Of a DNA stretch of 36,429 bases, positions 16,106 to 26,131 are shown piece after piece (the first letter of the stretch is position 1; each line of letters opens with the position of its first letter). This DNA comes from a virus. Taxonomy: Duplodnaviria; Caudoviricetes. A model generated the notes under the pieces. The model ran no database searches. It saw nothing but the letters and a program-made list of their open reading frames with translations, and was not told the origin of the DNA. The translations under genes were made by a program, and so were the position numbers. Where the stretch lies: the IMG/VR virus record IMGVR_UViG_3300033475_000099, positions 1 through 36,429 of that record; one strand, 5' to 3'.

Positions 16106-19100
16106 GTGGCGCTAGGAACACGTGAGCTGCTTCTAGTGCTACGTGCTCGCGACGAGGCATCACGGACGATGCATTCGCTTACGCGCTCCATGAATGGTCT
16201 GACAGCAGCGCAGAAGCAGGCAGCCAACGCGTCGATCGAGCGTGGGAAGGCACTCACCTCGATCGGCGTTGGCGTCGCTGCGGTTGGTGCTGCAGGTATC
16301 AAGACGATGTACGGCTTCACACAGGCCGCATCGAAGTACAACCAGGAGTCGGCGAAGACCCTAACGCAGGTTGACAAGCAGAAGATCAGCCTGTTGCAGA
16401 TCAAGAAGGTGGGCATTGACGTCGCGAAGGCGATCCCGGCCCCCTTCGAAGAGATGCAGAAGTCACTGTACGACATCTTTTCCTCGATGGACGTCAACCT
16501 GCAAGGCGCCAAGACGCTACTGACGCAGTTTGCTAAGGCAGCAGTCGCCGGACAGGTTGACCTTCAGGACGCGCAGCGCGCTACCATCGGTATCATGAAC
16601 GCGTACCACATGAAGGTGACTGACGTCAATAAGGTCAACGACGTCATGTTCCAGTTGGTGCGTAAGGGTGTCGGTACCTACGGCGAGTTTGCCACAACGA
16701 TCGGTCGGTCAGTTCCGTCGGCGGTTCGTGCTGGGCAGAGCATCCAGGACCTCGCGGGCATGATGGCGTTCTTGACCCGTAACGGTCTGAGTGCCGCGAT
16801 GGCTACCGCGTCGGCCGGTCGAGCGTTGGACGCGATCTCGAACCCGAAGTCGATCAACAACTTCAAGGGCATCGGGCACAACATCGCCGACCTGATTGGC
16901 GACAAGGCCACAGCTCGGTGGAAGCGCCTAGGCGTCAACGTTCGTGGTCTCAGTGTCGACATTGTCGACGCTTCTGGCAAGTTCCGTCCGATGAATCAGA
17001 TCATGACGGACACGGGGAAGATCTTCGAGAAGCTCGGCCTGAAGGCTCCCCAGATCGCCGAGATCATGCAGGACATGTTTAAGGGCTCTGGTGGAACGAT
17101 CCAGGCTCGAAGGTTCTTCGACACGGCTGTTAAGGGTTACAAGCAGCTGAACTCGCTCACCGGCGACATGAAGCATTCTTCCGGTGAGATGCAGAAGGCC
17201 TACAACATCATGTTCAAGCAGCCGCAGAGCCAGGTGCAGCTGTTGAAGAACAACTGGGACATCCTCAAGGTCGAAATGGGAGAGGGCCTCCTCCCAGCCT
17301 TGAACAAGGTCGTCCACATCTTCACAGACATCTTCAAGTGGTTCAACAAGCTCAGCCCGACCACCAAGAAGTGGATCGGGTATATTACGCTTCTCATCAG
17401 CGTCCTGACGGTTATCGCTGGTGTCATCCTCATCGCAGCAGGAGCCATGTTCATCATGGCTGGTGCGGCTGCTGCACTCGACATCGGACTACTTCCGCTG
17501 ATCGCGATCATCGTGGCAGTCATTGCCGTGATCGCTCTGATCGCAGTAGCCGTGTACGAGATCATCAAGCACTGGGCAGGCATTAGCGGCTTCTTCGTCG
17601 GCCTCTGGAATACTGTCTACCACGCCTTCGCGACAGCGTTCAGTGCCATCTGGGGCTTCCTGAAGAGCGCGTGGAGTGTCATCTCCAACATCTTCATGAC
17701 GGCGATCAACGCGATCATCCTGGTCGTCAAGTTCTACCTGGCACTTGTACTGCTCCCGTTCATCCTTGTGTTCAATATCCTCAAGGGCATCATCACGGTC
17801 TTCTGGAACTGGGCCGGTGGCTTCATCATGAAGATGCTCAAGTGGATCGTAGGGTTCTTCAAGCCCTACTGGGACCTTGCGATTGCTGCCTTCAGGATTG
17901 CCTGGACAGTTATTAAGGCAATCATCTCGGCAGGCTGGGGTTACATCAAGGGCCAGTTCGAGTTCTACAAGAAGATCACCATCGCGATCTGGAAGGGTCT
18001 CTGGGACCTTATCTGGGGCGTTGCCAAGTCAAAGTGGGCAGACCTCAAGGCTGGCTTCAGTGCCTTCTGGTCGGCGATCAAGACAGGCTTCAAGGCTGGT
18101 GTGTCGGCTGTCACAGCGATCTGGAACACCATCAAGAAGCCGATGACCGGACCTGTCAACTTCATCATCGAATGGGTCTGGAACAAGGGCATTGCGAAGG
18201 CCTGGAACACCGCTGCTGGTCTCGTTGGCCTGGGCAAGTACAAGGTCAACGATCACCTGGCGCCCATCAAGGCTGCTAGCGGTGGTCGCATCAAGGGGCC
18301 TGGTGGTGAGCGCGGTGACAAGATCCCAGCGCTGCTGTCGAACAACGAGTACGTCGTCAACGCCAAGTCGACGAGGAAGTACTTGCCCCTGATCCACGCC
18401 ATCAACCAGGGCAAGCTTCCCGGCTTTGCCGGCGGTGGCCTCCTGGGAAGTATCGGAGGCTTCTTCGGCGGCCTGAAGGACTGGGTCCTGAACATGGGAC
18501 CTGCCTACTTGATCAACAAGATCAAGGACCTGTACGGCGGTGTGAAGAACCTCGGCTCGGGCAACTGGGGCGACATGATCGCCCACATCCCAGCTGCCAT
18601 GATCAACAAGCTAGTCGAGCCGGCACTGAAGAAGCTCGACGCGCTTTGGGGTGGCGGCGGAGGCAAGATCGTCCAGGTCGCCAAGAGCCAGCTGGGCCAG
18701 GGCGAGCAGCCTGCAGGATCGAACAACACCAAGTACGGCCGCTGGTACGGAATCAACCCGGCAGCCTGGTGTGCCATGTTCGTCTCGTGGTGTGCTGACA
18801 AGGCTGGTGTGCGGAACCGCTACCCGCACTACGCTGCAGTGCCGTCGGGCCGGAGCTGGTTCGCTTCTAAGGGCAAGCTCGGTGGAGGCAACCCACGTCC
18901 TGGTGACGTTGCCTTCTTCGACGGATACCACACGGGCTTGGTCGTTGGTCCTGGCTGGCGAACGATCGAGGGCAACCACTCCAGCTACGTCCAGTACGTG
19001 AACCGCGGACCTGGCAGCTACGATGTTGGTCACGTCGCAGGCTCTGCTAACAGCGGCATCGGTCGAGGTGGACGATTCGCTAAGGGTGGCATTGCGTCGC

Positions 19101-19645
19101 TGAAGGACTACAAGTTCCGTCCGCGTCAGAAGGACTTCGGTGACGGCTTCGAGCGGATGGGTATCAGCCCGCTTCAGCTGCTCCAGGGTATGCAGACGGC
19201 GAACTCACTAGCGTCGGCCTTCTGGCCTGTAGGGTCGAGCGTGACGCTGTCTTCGGGTGGCAAGAGCGTCACGGCGATCGTCAAGAACTTCGGGTCGATG
19301 ACCGAGAAGCTTCAGCGCGACCCGCACAACTCTCTGGCGCTGGGCACGAACCTCATGTCGGCGCTAGGCGGTGCACGGAGTGCGCACTGGAAGATCAACA
19401 GGCTGGGCAAGATGGCTCCGGCAGGTATCCACGTCGGTACGTATGACACTGGCGGTTACTTGAGGCCAGGTTTGAACTTGGCTTACAACGGTACTGGCCG
19501 CTACGAGCGGGTCCAGAATCCACACGGCTCTACCACTACTGGCGGGGGCGGCGTGCACCAGAACTTCTTCATCCAGACACAGGAGATCAACCCGCGGAAG
19601 CACGCTGCGGATCTCGGGTGGGAGATTGCGAGGCGAGCTGACTGA
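16106..19645 (+). CDS. Tape measure protein with C-terminal CHAP domain and degenerate DPBB-like segment
   Basis: TP901-type TMP core, W/F-periodic amphipathic repeats, GGxIxGPG..D.IPA.LS..EYV motif, CHAP motifs AWCAMFVSW..HTGLV..TIEGN. Confidence 0.93.
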   Translation: MALGTRELLLVLRARDEASRTMHSLTRSMNGLTAAQKQAANASIERGKALTSIGVGVAAVGAAGIKTMYGFTQAASKYNQESAKTLTQVDKQKISLLQIKKVGIDVAKAIPAPFEEMQKSLYDIFSSMDVNLQGAKTLLTQFAKAAVAGQVDLQDAQRATIGIMNAYHMKVTDVNKVNDVMFQLVRKGVGTYGEFATTIGRSVPSAVRAGQSIQDLAGMMAFLTRNGLSAAMATASAGRALDAISNPKSINNFKGIGHNIADLIGDKATARWKRLGVNVRGLSVDIVDASGKFRPMNQIMTDTGKIFEKLGLKAPQIAEIMQDMFKGSGGTIQARRFFDTAVKGYKQLNSLTGDMKHSSGEMQKAYNIMFKQPQSQVQLLKNNWDILKVEMGEGLLPALNKVVHIFTDIFKWFNKLSPTTKKWIGYITLLISVLTVIAGVILIAAGAMFIMAGAAAALDIGLLPLIAIIVAVIAVIALIAVAVYEIIKHWAGISGFFVGLWNTVYHAFATAFSAIWGFLKSAWSVISNIFMTAINAIILVVKFYLALVLLPFILVFNILKGIITVFWNWAGGFIMKMLKWIVGFFKPYWDLAIAAFRIAWTVIKAIISAGWGYIKGQFEFYKKITIAIWKGLWDLIWGVAKSKWADLKAGFSAFWSAIKTGFKAGVSAVTAIWNTIKKPMTGPVNFIIEWVWNKGIAKAWNTAAGLVGLGKYKVNDHLAPIKAASGGRIKGPGGERGDKIPALLSNNEYVVNAKSTRKYLPLIHAINQGKLPGFAGGGLLGSIGGFFGGLKDWVLNMGPAYLINKIKDLYGGVKNLGSGNWGDMIAHIPAAMINKLVEPALKKLDALWGGGGGKIVQVAKSQLGQGEQPAGSNNTKYGRWYGINPAAWCAMFVSWCADKAGVRNRYPHYAAVPSGRSWFASKGKLGGGNPRPGDVAFFDGYHTGLVVGPGWRTIEGNHSSYVQYVNRGPGSYDVGHVAGSANSGIGRGGRFAKGGIASLKDYKFRPRQKDFGDGFERMGISPLQLLQGMQTANSLASAFWPVGSSVTLSSGGKSVTAIVKNFGSMTEKLQRDPHNSLALGTNLMSALGGARSAHWKINRLGKMAPAGIHVGTYDTGGYLRPGLNLAYNGTGRYERVQNPHGSTTTGGGGVHQNFFIQTQEINPRKHAADLGWEIARRAD

Positions 19646-20772
19646 TGACTGCACCTGCACTCAACAACTACGAGTACCAGTTCGGTGACACCGGCACACT
19701 GCTGAACGAAGACGTTGCTGGTGTTGTTGCCGATCTGCCATTCGTCGACATTACCAAGGTGTCAGGTCTCGACAGCGGTGAGTTCCGGTCAGCTTCGCAC
19801 GACCACGAAGGTGTCGACGGTGGCTACCTCGACTCCGAGTTCCTGACGATGCGAACGATCGTGCTGGAAGGAACCGTCTACGCGGATGTGGACGACCCTG
19901 ACACGATCTGCGACCAGCTGAAGTACGACTTCCGTCCGATGAAGTCGCCGAACCCCTTCTACTTCAAGCACCCGAACAAGCCCGTGCGGATGGTGTTCGC
20001 TAAAGGTCAGGGTGCCAAGTACGATCTGGAGACGCTTCGGCGCACAGGTCAGACGGCAGTCCAGTTGCAGATGATTGCCGAGACGCCGTACATCTACGAT
20101 GCCGACCCGATCGTAGGGTCTGGCAACCTGGGTGCTGTCGATCCGGGTATCGGATTCGACATTGCGTTCAACCTGAGCTTCGGCGGTCTGTCCGTTCCCG
20201 CCAACGGTGCGACGCTGATGAACTCGGGCAATCACACGGCCTACCCTGTAGTCACCATTGGTGGGCAGATCGACCAGCCTTACTTGGTTGACTCGGCTAC
20301 AGGCAACGTGATGAAGCTGAACACGTCCTTGGCGATCACGGACTCGCTTGTGATCGACATGTTCAAGCATACCGTTCACCTGAACGGCACGACCAACCGA
20401 AGGAACACGATCCTCGGTCGGCCGCAGTGGTTCTCGATCGAACCGGGAACCACCACAACGATCTTCCTGTTCGGTGCATCCAGTTCCTCGACAGGCTCGA
20501 TCACTGCTACGTCGGACAGTGCCGACAACGTAACGATCGTAGGCACTGACGCAGATGCCTCCGACGTCGTGATCGGTCAGTCGGGCAGACTATTCGATGC
20601 TGGCGGTGTAGTCAGGGAAGCCACTGTATTCACTGTCACAGGCAAGAGCTCGGCGGGCGGCTTCACCACCGTAACGTTCTCTCCGGGAGCTGGGACGAAC
20701 CCAGTGACGGGGGATGTGCTTCGACTCGGTGGGGCAATCTTCTCGGCGAGCGTGTACAACACCTGGTACTAG
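19645..20772 (+). CDS. Distal tail (Dit-like) minor tail protein
   Basis: First gene after TMP; R.I.LEG, N.G...AYP...I.G and W..I.PG motifs. Confidence 0.8.
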   Translation: MTAPALNNYEYQFGDTGTLLNEDVAGVVADLPFVDITKVSGLDSGEFRSASHDHEGVDGGYLDSEFLTMRTIVLEGTVYADVDDPDTICDQLKYDFRPMKSPNPFYFKHPNKPVRMVFAKGQGAKYDLETLRRTGQTAVQLQMIAETPYIYDADPIVGSGNLGAVDPGIGFDIAFNLSFGGLSVPANGATLMNSGNHTAYPVVTIGGQIDQPYLVDSATGNVMKLNTSLAITDSLVIDMFKHTVHLNGTTNRRNTILGRPQWFSIEPGTTTTIFLFGASSSSTGSITATSDSADNVTIVGTDADASDVVIGQSGRLFDAGGVVREATVFTVTGKSSAGGFTTVTFSPGAGTNPVTGDVLRLGGAIFSASVYNTWY

Positions 20773-20781
20773 GGAGGGACA

Positions 20782-21840
20782 ATGACAGCAGTTAACCCGC
20801 CCGCGTGGATGCAGTCCCGCACTGATCATTCCGCGGCAGTATTCCGTCGGTCGACCATGGCGATGCTGGGCGGCGCTACGCTCGGTGACACCGGTGGGCG
20901 CAGCGGTGTCGTGCCCGGCTATGGTGGTCGGCTGCAGGTGACTGGTAGTGGCTCAACGCTCCAGTCCTTCGTCGACACCGGTCTGTGCGTGATCGGCAAC
21001 GACGCCTCGGCCTTCGCTGGCCCGTACGTGTGCTACAACGATGCCAGCTTCGCACAGACGCACGACCCGGCGAGCTCGACGCTCTTCCGTCGTGACATCG
21101 TCTACGCGCAGGTGCTCGACACCGCCTTCGGCGACGCGTCCTCGCTCTGGCAGATGAGTATCGCCAAGGGCGCCAACAACGCGACGTCGCCGGCTCCGCT
21201 GCCGACACTACCGTCTCGGGCGATCCCGCTGGCGTACATCAGCATCGACCCGAACATCACCAACCTGACAGGCAAGGTCGCCGACGCACGGCCCTGGATC
21301 GGTCAGGGCGGTGTAGCGATTCGGACCAACAGCTCTTCGCACCCGACGAACCCGTCCATCGGCACCATCATCATGGATGACAACGGCAACTTGCCCGCGT
21401 ACATCTACGACGGTACCGCCTACCGGTTCATCACGAACAAGGGCTGGCAGTCCTTCACACCGTCGCACACGGGGCAGGGTGCAGCCACGTTCGATGTCAA
21501 CGTCGCTCGGTGGCAGACGATCGGTGAGAAGACCGCCTGGGTCAACATCCACCTCCACACGACGCACGCGGGCTCGGGCTCGACCACCTGGACGGTGTCG
21601 CTCCCCTTCACCCCGCTCCGTACCGTTCGGCAGGTGCTGACGGGGTACTTCCAGAACTCCGGTACCGGTCAGGCGACGGGCGTCGGCCTCATCCAGTCGG
21701 GTGGCTCCGGCGCACGCATCGACATCATGAAGTTCCCCTCCAACACCGGTCTGCCCGACGGCGACCTGGATGACTACGTCGGCAGCAACATCCCCAACGG
21801 TGCCACCTTCGTGATCTCCGGCGCAGTCGAGATGGCGTGA
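20782..21840 (+). CDS. Minor tail protein / baseplate-fibre protein
   Basis: RBS GGGAGGG; R.DIV.A.V.D, P.P.LP...IPLA.I and D.R motifs common in actinophage minor tail proteins. Confidence 0.75.
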   Translation: MTAVNPPAWMQSRTDHSAAVFRRSTMAMLGGATLGDTGGRSGVVPGYGGRLQVTGSGSTLQSFVDTGLCVIGNDASAFAGPYVCYNDASFAQTHDPASSTLFRRDIVYAQVLDTAFGDASSLWQMSIAKGANNATSPAPLPTLPSRAIPLAYISIDPNITNLTGKVADARPWIGQGGVAIRTNSSSHPTNPSIGTIIMDDNGNLPAYIYDGTAYRFITNKGWQSFTPSHTGQGAATFDVNVARWQTIGEKTAWVNIHLHTTHAGSGSTTWTVSLPFTPLRTVRQVLTGYFQNSGTGQATGVGLIQSGGSGARIDIMKFPSNTGLPDGDLDDYVGSNIPNGATFVISGAVEMA

Positions 21841-21843
21841 GAC

Positions 21844-23016
21844 ATGGCCGCGATCTACACGTACCTGGCTCAGGACCTCCGAACTGGAGTCATCCTGAAC
21901 GAGCTTCCTCTGCATGGCGTTAACTTCGACCGTCAGCTGAACAAGGCTGGCAACATGCAGGGGAGCTCGAGCCTGGACAACCAGCGGCTTGACAACGACG
22001 ATCTCCTCGAAGCGACCACACCGGGCAAGACTGCCTTGTACATCTACCGTGAGGACAAGATCGTCTGGGGCGGAATCATCTGGTCGAGGTGGTACCAGTC
22101 TCAGGGCAAGGCTCTCCAGTTCAGTGCTCAGACATGGGAGAGCTACGCCTACAAGAGGATCTTCCGAGGCGACACCAAGACTAAGGTCACACTGAACGAA
22201 GCTCAGTGTCGCATCATCCAGGACCTCTGGACAGACCTCCAGTGGTCTGACCCACGCGGAAACATCAACGTCTACGGAGCGACTTCATTCCCTGCCAACG
22301 ACGTCGTTAGGACCTATGTCTTCGACCCCTACTCGTTCGCTACGTACGGTTCGACGATCGATGACATCTGCGACAACTATGACGACTCGTGCGAGTTCTT
22401 CATCGACACGTACGAGGATGGGTTCGGTAACCCCGTCAAGCAGCTTGTGTTCGGGTACCCGCGCCTAGGCAACATTGTCGACTTCACTGACCTGGTGCTT
22501 GACTACCCAGGCAACATCCTGAACTACTACTACACCGAGAACGTGTCTGATGCAGCTAACCGAGCATTCGCCACAGGTGACGCAGACGGCACAATCACCA
22601 TCCAGCCCGTACCTGGACCAACTGACACCGGTGACTCCACCGCTGTCATCTGGGGTGTAGCGGAAGACACAACGAGCACTGACGCAGGATACCCGCTACT
22701 GGATAGCGTCACGAGCCATTCGGGTGTGATCGTACAAACGACGATCGACTCCAACGCTCGGTCGGATCTGGCATCCAAGCCAGTGCCCACAATCACCCAC
22801 ACGTTTGAGATCGACCCTGTCGCGGATCCCGTCTTCGGCACCTACGGCCTTGGTGACGACGCGAGGATCCAAATCCAGGATCCGAGGTTCCCCGAAGGAA
22901 TCGAACAGGTAGTCCGTGTGGTTGGTTGGAACGTGCAGCCCGGTGAGTCGGACGCGACAGAAGCTGTGTCGCTGGTACTCCAGGAAGACGACACGGCAGG
23001 GATGCAAAACGGATGA
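21844..23016 (+). CDS. Minor tail protein (baseplate hub, ReqiPepy6 gp37-like)
   Basis: Y...DL.TG....ELP, LN.AG, VWGGI.W and Y.LGD..R motifs. Confidence 0.8.
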   Translation: MAAIYTYLAQDLRTGVILNELPLHGVNFDRQLNKAGNMQGSSSLDNQRLDNDDLLEATTPGKTALYIYREDKIVWGGIIWSRWYQSQGKALQFSAQTWESYAYKRIFRGDTKTKVTLNEAQCRIIQDLWTDLQWSDPRGNINVYGATSFPANDVVRTYVFDPYSFATYGSTIDDICDNYDDSCEFFIDTYEDGFGNPVKQLVFGYPRLGNIVDFTDLVLDYPGNILNYYYTENVSDAANRAFATGDADGTITIQPVPGPTDTGDSTAVIWGVAEDTTSTDAGYPLLDSVTSHSGVIVQTTIDSNARSDLASKPVPTITHTFEIDPVADPVFGTYGLGDDARIQIQDPRFPEGIEQVVRVVGWNVQPGESDATEAVSLVLQEDDTAGMQNG

Positions 23017-23507
23017 AAAACAAGCCGCAGCGGATCCCCGCTTACGATGCAGCACGTCAGATCAACGACTTGCAGAAGAAGGTCGACGGCTTCCGTAAGG
23101 ACGGAAGCATGCTTCGGTCCTTTGACACACTGTGGGTTAGTTCAGGTACTCAGCCCGCACTGGGTAACGGTACACTCGTCTCCACCTATCGACGTGACGG
23201 CCTTATGTGCTGGGTCAACTACACGCTGACGTGGGGCTCGACAACTACCGCTGGCACAGGGTTCTGGACTTTCTCGACACCCTTCAAGATGAGCGCTGTG
23301 CCTGGGGTCTTTACAGGTACGTGCCTTGTCCACGATGTTTCAGCTTCGACGTGGTACACGGGCGTCTCGCAGTTCTGGGACCCGACGCTAAACCAGATCG
23401 TCTTCTTCTGCGGCCAGGGCGTAACTGGTGTAGGGACCGGAAACCCTATCACCTGGGCGACAGGAGACTTCCTTGCGATTACCATGTACTATCCTACCGC
23501 CAGCTAG
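23013..23507 (+). CDS. Minor tail protein
   Basis: ATGA overlap; short coiled coil, then LGNGTL...Y...G and GSTT..GTG.W.F beta domain. Confidence 0.7.
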   Translation: MKNKPQRIPAYDAARQINDLQKKVDGFRKDGSMLRSFDTLWVSSGTQPALGNGTLVSTYRRDGLMCWVNYTLTWGSTTTAGTGFWTFSTPFKMSAVPGVFTGTCLVHDVSASTWYTGVSQFWDPTLNQIVFFCGQGVTGVGTGNPITWATGDFLAITMYYPTAS

Positions 23508-23515
23508 GAGATGCC

Positions 23516-23992
23516 GTGAAGAAGCGGATGCCCCTGTGGTTGAGAGGTGTACTGATGGAGGACCAGTTCAAGCTCTTCATCGCAGTACTGTGCATGATCT
23601 CTGGCATCCCTCTGGTCATCAGGGCTGTGCCTGCACCAGGGTCGCTTGTGGTGGTTCTGTCTACCACGGGCATTCGACTCTGGGGCGGTTCCCTAGGTCT
23701 CGGCGGGACTCTCGTCGTCATAGGCATTCTTCTTCGTCACGTCAAGGCAAGGAGGCGGTACATAGAGGGACTGATGGTCGAAGCTGCTGGCCTGATTCCG
23801 CTGGGCCTGGCTGCTCTTGTAGTCGCCGTGCTGGCGATCTACGTCATCGGGACCCAGGCTCTATTCGGTGCCAGCGTCTACCTTATGTTCACGTTCGCGT
23901 GCGGTGCGCGCTTCTGGGCAACTCAGCAGATCGTGAAGCAGGTACGCCTGGCTATCCAGCTGGAGGAGGACGGTAGACGTGAGCGTCAGTAA
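23516..23992 (+). CDS. Four-TM membrane protein (lysis cassette; start revised to GTG 23516)
   Basis: RBS AGGAG at 23506-23510; four hydrophobic segments. Confidence 0.7.
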   Translation: MKKRMPLWLRGVLMEDQFKLFIAVLCMISGIPLVIRAVPAPGSLVVVLSTTGIRLWGGSLGLGGTLVVIGILLRHVKARRRYIEGLMVEAAGLIPLGLAALVVAVLAIYVIGTQALFGASVYLMFTFACGARFWATQQIVKQVRLAIQLEEDGRRERQ

Positions 23993-24416
23993 CACACTCA
24001 TCTCTTCTGTCATCACTGCTTTGCTGGGCAGCGGTCTTGCTGGCACCGCTGTGCAGCTGTACCACGCCAGGACGACCCGGAAAGAGTTGGATCTCAAGGC
24101 CCAGAAGCAGCCCGTCGAAGTCGAGCAGGTCATTCTCGGTGGGGCTTCCCAAGCGGTAACACTGCTGACAAGTTCCCTACAGTGGGCCGAGAATGAACTG
24201 GTAGAACTCCGGCGGGACCAGTCGAGCGACCGAAGGGAGATCAGAAGACTATCGGAGAGTGTCGAAGCCAAGGATGCCCGCATTCGAGAGCTCGAGTCGG
24301 AACTCCTGATCCTCAAGGAGCGGTTCGGGATGGTGCAGCAGCAATTGGACCACGCACTCAACCAAGTGAAGGAACTCAAGGAGAACGGGAATGGCAACGG
24401 ACACACAGTCGTCTAG
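23979..24416 (+). CDS. Membrane-anchored coiled-coil protein (lysis cassette)
   Basis: RBS GGAGGA; N-terminal TM helix followed by heptad-rich region. Confidence 0.75.
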   Translation: MSVSNTLISSVITALLGSGLAGTAVQLYHARTTRKELDLKAQKQPVEVEQVILGGASQAVTLLTSSLQWAENELVELRRDQSSDRREIRRLSESVEAKDARIRELESELLILKERFGMVQQQLDHALNQVKELKENGNGNGHTVV

Positions 24417-24549
24417 CGACGAGTGGGACGAGGCCGAGGCCGACAAGTACCGGAACTACCCGCTGGAGAAGCAGCCAGTAGTGGTGCCGGGCATCGACCC
24501 CGACGTATCACAGGACCCGAACTGGGAGCCGCCAGATGGCTTCAACTAA
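24391..24549 (+). CDS. Small acidic protein (52 aa, not in ORF track)
   Basis: RBS AAGGAG (24378-24383); MATDTQSSSDEWDEAEADKYRNYPLEKQPVVVPGIDPDVSQDPNWEPPDGFN fills the gap before the endolysin. Confidence 0.6.
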   Translation: MATDTQSSSDEWDEAEADKYRNYPLEKQPVVVPGIDPDVSQDPNWEPPDGFN

Positions 24550-26122
24550 GGTCGCAGACGGAGTCGACTACTCGAGCTCCGTGAGCCGGCCATCGATCAC
24601 GCAACTCAAGTCCAAGGGGATGGAGTTCGTCGTACGCTACCTCAGTGGCTACGCGAGCAAGGACATCGCCAAGGCTGAGTACGCACTGCTCAAGGCCGCC
24701 GGTATCAAGCTCGTGCTGGTGTACGAGAAGCAGGGCAACCGTCCCGAAAGCGGGAAGTCGGCGGGCGTCGAGGACGCCAAGTCAGTCAACGGCCTCCTCG
24801 CCAAGTACGGACTGCCGACGGACTCGTTCGTCTACTACGCAGTCGACTACGACACCACGGTCGGCCCGCACATCACCGGATACTTCCAGGGCATCAACTC
24901 GGTCCGGGGAGTCGACAAGACGGGTGTCTACGGCGGCAAGGCTGTCGTCGATGGATGCCTGAAGGGAAACCTGGTCAGCAAGGCGTGGCAGACCTACGCC
25001 TGGTCAGGTGGCAAGTGGAACACCGACGAGCGCACGGTGCTTCGTCAGGTGAAGAACGGGGTCAAGTACTCCGGCTGGCCCATCGACGTTGACATCGATG
25101 AGGCCTGGGCAGCCAACTACGGTTACGTCGGAGGGACGTCAACCGGCACATCATCGCCCGCGTCTAGTACGCCCACTGCTCCAGTCGTAGTCAACGGCTG
25201 TGACGCGATGATCAAGGCCATGAAGGCCTACCTCGGCCAGGTCGAGCACCCCGACGGTTCGAACTACGTTCCGGTGATCACCGGCTGGTACAACAAGAAG
25301 TTCCACATCGGCACGGACAAGTTCGCTTGGTGTGCCGCAACCATCACTCGGGCAGCCTGGGACTCTGGGCAGCAGAAGCCGGTGGTCAATGGTACGGGCT
25401 ACGCCTACGTGCCAGCCCTGTTCGCTTGGGCGAAGGCCTTCGGCTACAAGATCCACACGGGCGGGATCCCAACCAAGGGTGCCATCGTCGGCTACCGTTG
25501 GGATGGCGCGAAGGGTACGACGAGCTGCGACCACGTCGGACTCTGTGAGGCTTCGGACGGCAAGACGTTCTACAGCCTCGAAGGCAACATCGGCGACAAG
25601 TGCCAGCGGGAGCACCGCGACAGCAAGTTCGTCAGCGTCTGGTTCGTCCCGGCCTACATCAACACGGAAGGAGCGGGCGCCATGCTTCTCGTCTTGGACA
25701 TGGGCATGAAGAAGCCCCACAACGTACCGGCAGGGAGCGCCGAGACTCCGGCGCGCAGTTCCATGTCGTACGAGATCGAGTACTACGACAAGGACAACGT
25801 TCACAGCGACGCGGCCAAGGACGGCACGAGGTACCCCAGCATCTTCGTCAAGGGGGACTCGGCCGGCTACCTGCTCGAGGCGGAGTTCCTCTTCGCCGGC
25901 CCCGTCCCGAAGGGCGTGTACTGCGCCCTGGCCTTCTACGAGCGCGACTCGAACAAGTGGGTCAGGGACGTCCGCGCAACGCAGATCCCGGAGGGCGTCG
26001 ATCGCTGGCTCGTACCGCTTCAGGTGCGGCTGAGCGAGGACACGAAGGCCCGTGTGGATCTTCTCAACAAGTCGGGGGCCGCGTTGACGGTGTCCGAGTC
26101 CTACGTCATCATGTACAAGTAG
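24536..26122 (+). CDS. Endolysin: DUF1906 (GH25-like) glycoside hydrolase + CHAP + C-terminal domain
   Basis: GVDYS, FVVRYL, LVYE, YYAVDYD, GVYG, WQT.AWS.G, D.D (DUF1906); S/T linker; AWCA..DHVGL..SLEGN (CHAP). Confidence 0.9.
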   Translation: MASTKVADGVDYSSSVSRPSITQLKSKGMEFVVRYLSGYASKDIAKAEYALLKAAGIKLVLVYEKQGNRPESGKSAGVEDAKSVNGLLAKYGLPTDSFVYYAVDYDTTVGPHITGYFQGINSVRGVDKTGVYGGKAVVDGCLKGNLVSKAWQTYAWSGGKWNTDERTVLRQVKNGVKYSGWPIDVDIDEAWAANYGYVGGTSTGTSSPASSTPTAPVVVNGCDAMIKAMKAYLGQVEHPDGSNYVPVITGWYNKKFHIGTDKFAWCAATITRAAWDSGQQKPVVNGTGYAYVPALFAWAKAFGYKIHTGGIPTKGAIVGYRWDGAKGTTSCDHVGLCEASDGKTFYSLEGNIGDKCQREHRDSKFVSVWFVPAYINTEGAGAMLLVLDMGMKKPHNVPAGSAETPARSSMSYEIEYYDKDNVHSDAAKDGTRYPSIFVKGDSAGYLLEAEFLFAGPVPKGVYCALAFYERDSNKWVRDVRATQIPEGVDRWLVPLQVRLSEDTKARVDLLNKSGAALTVSESYVIMYK

Positions 26123-26131
26123 GAGGCAGCC

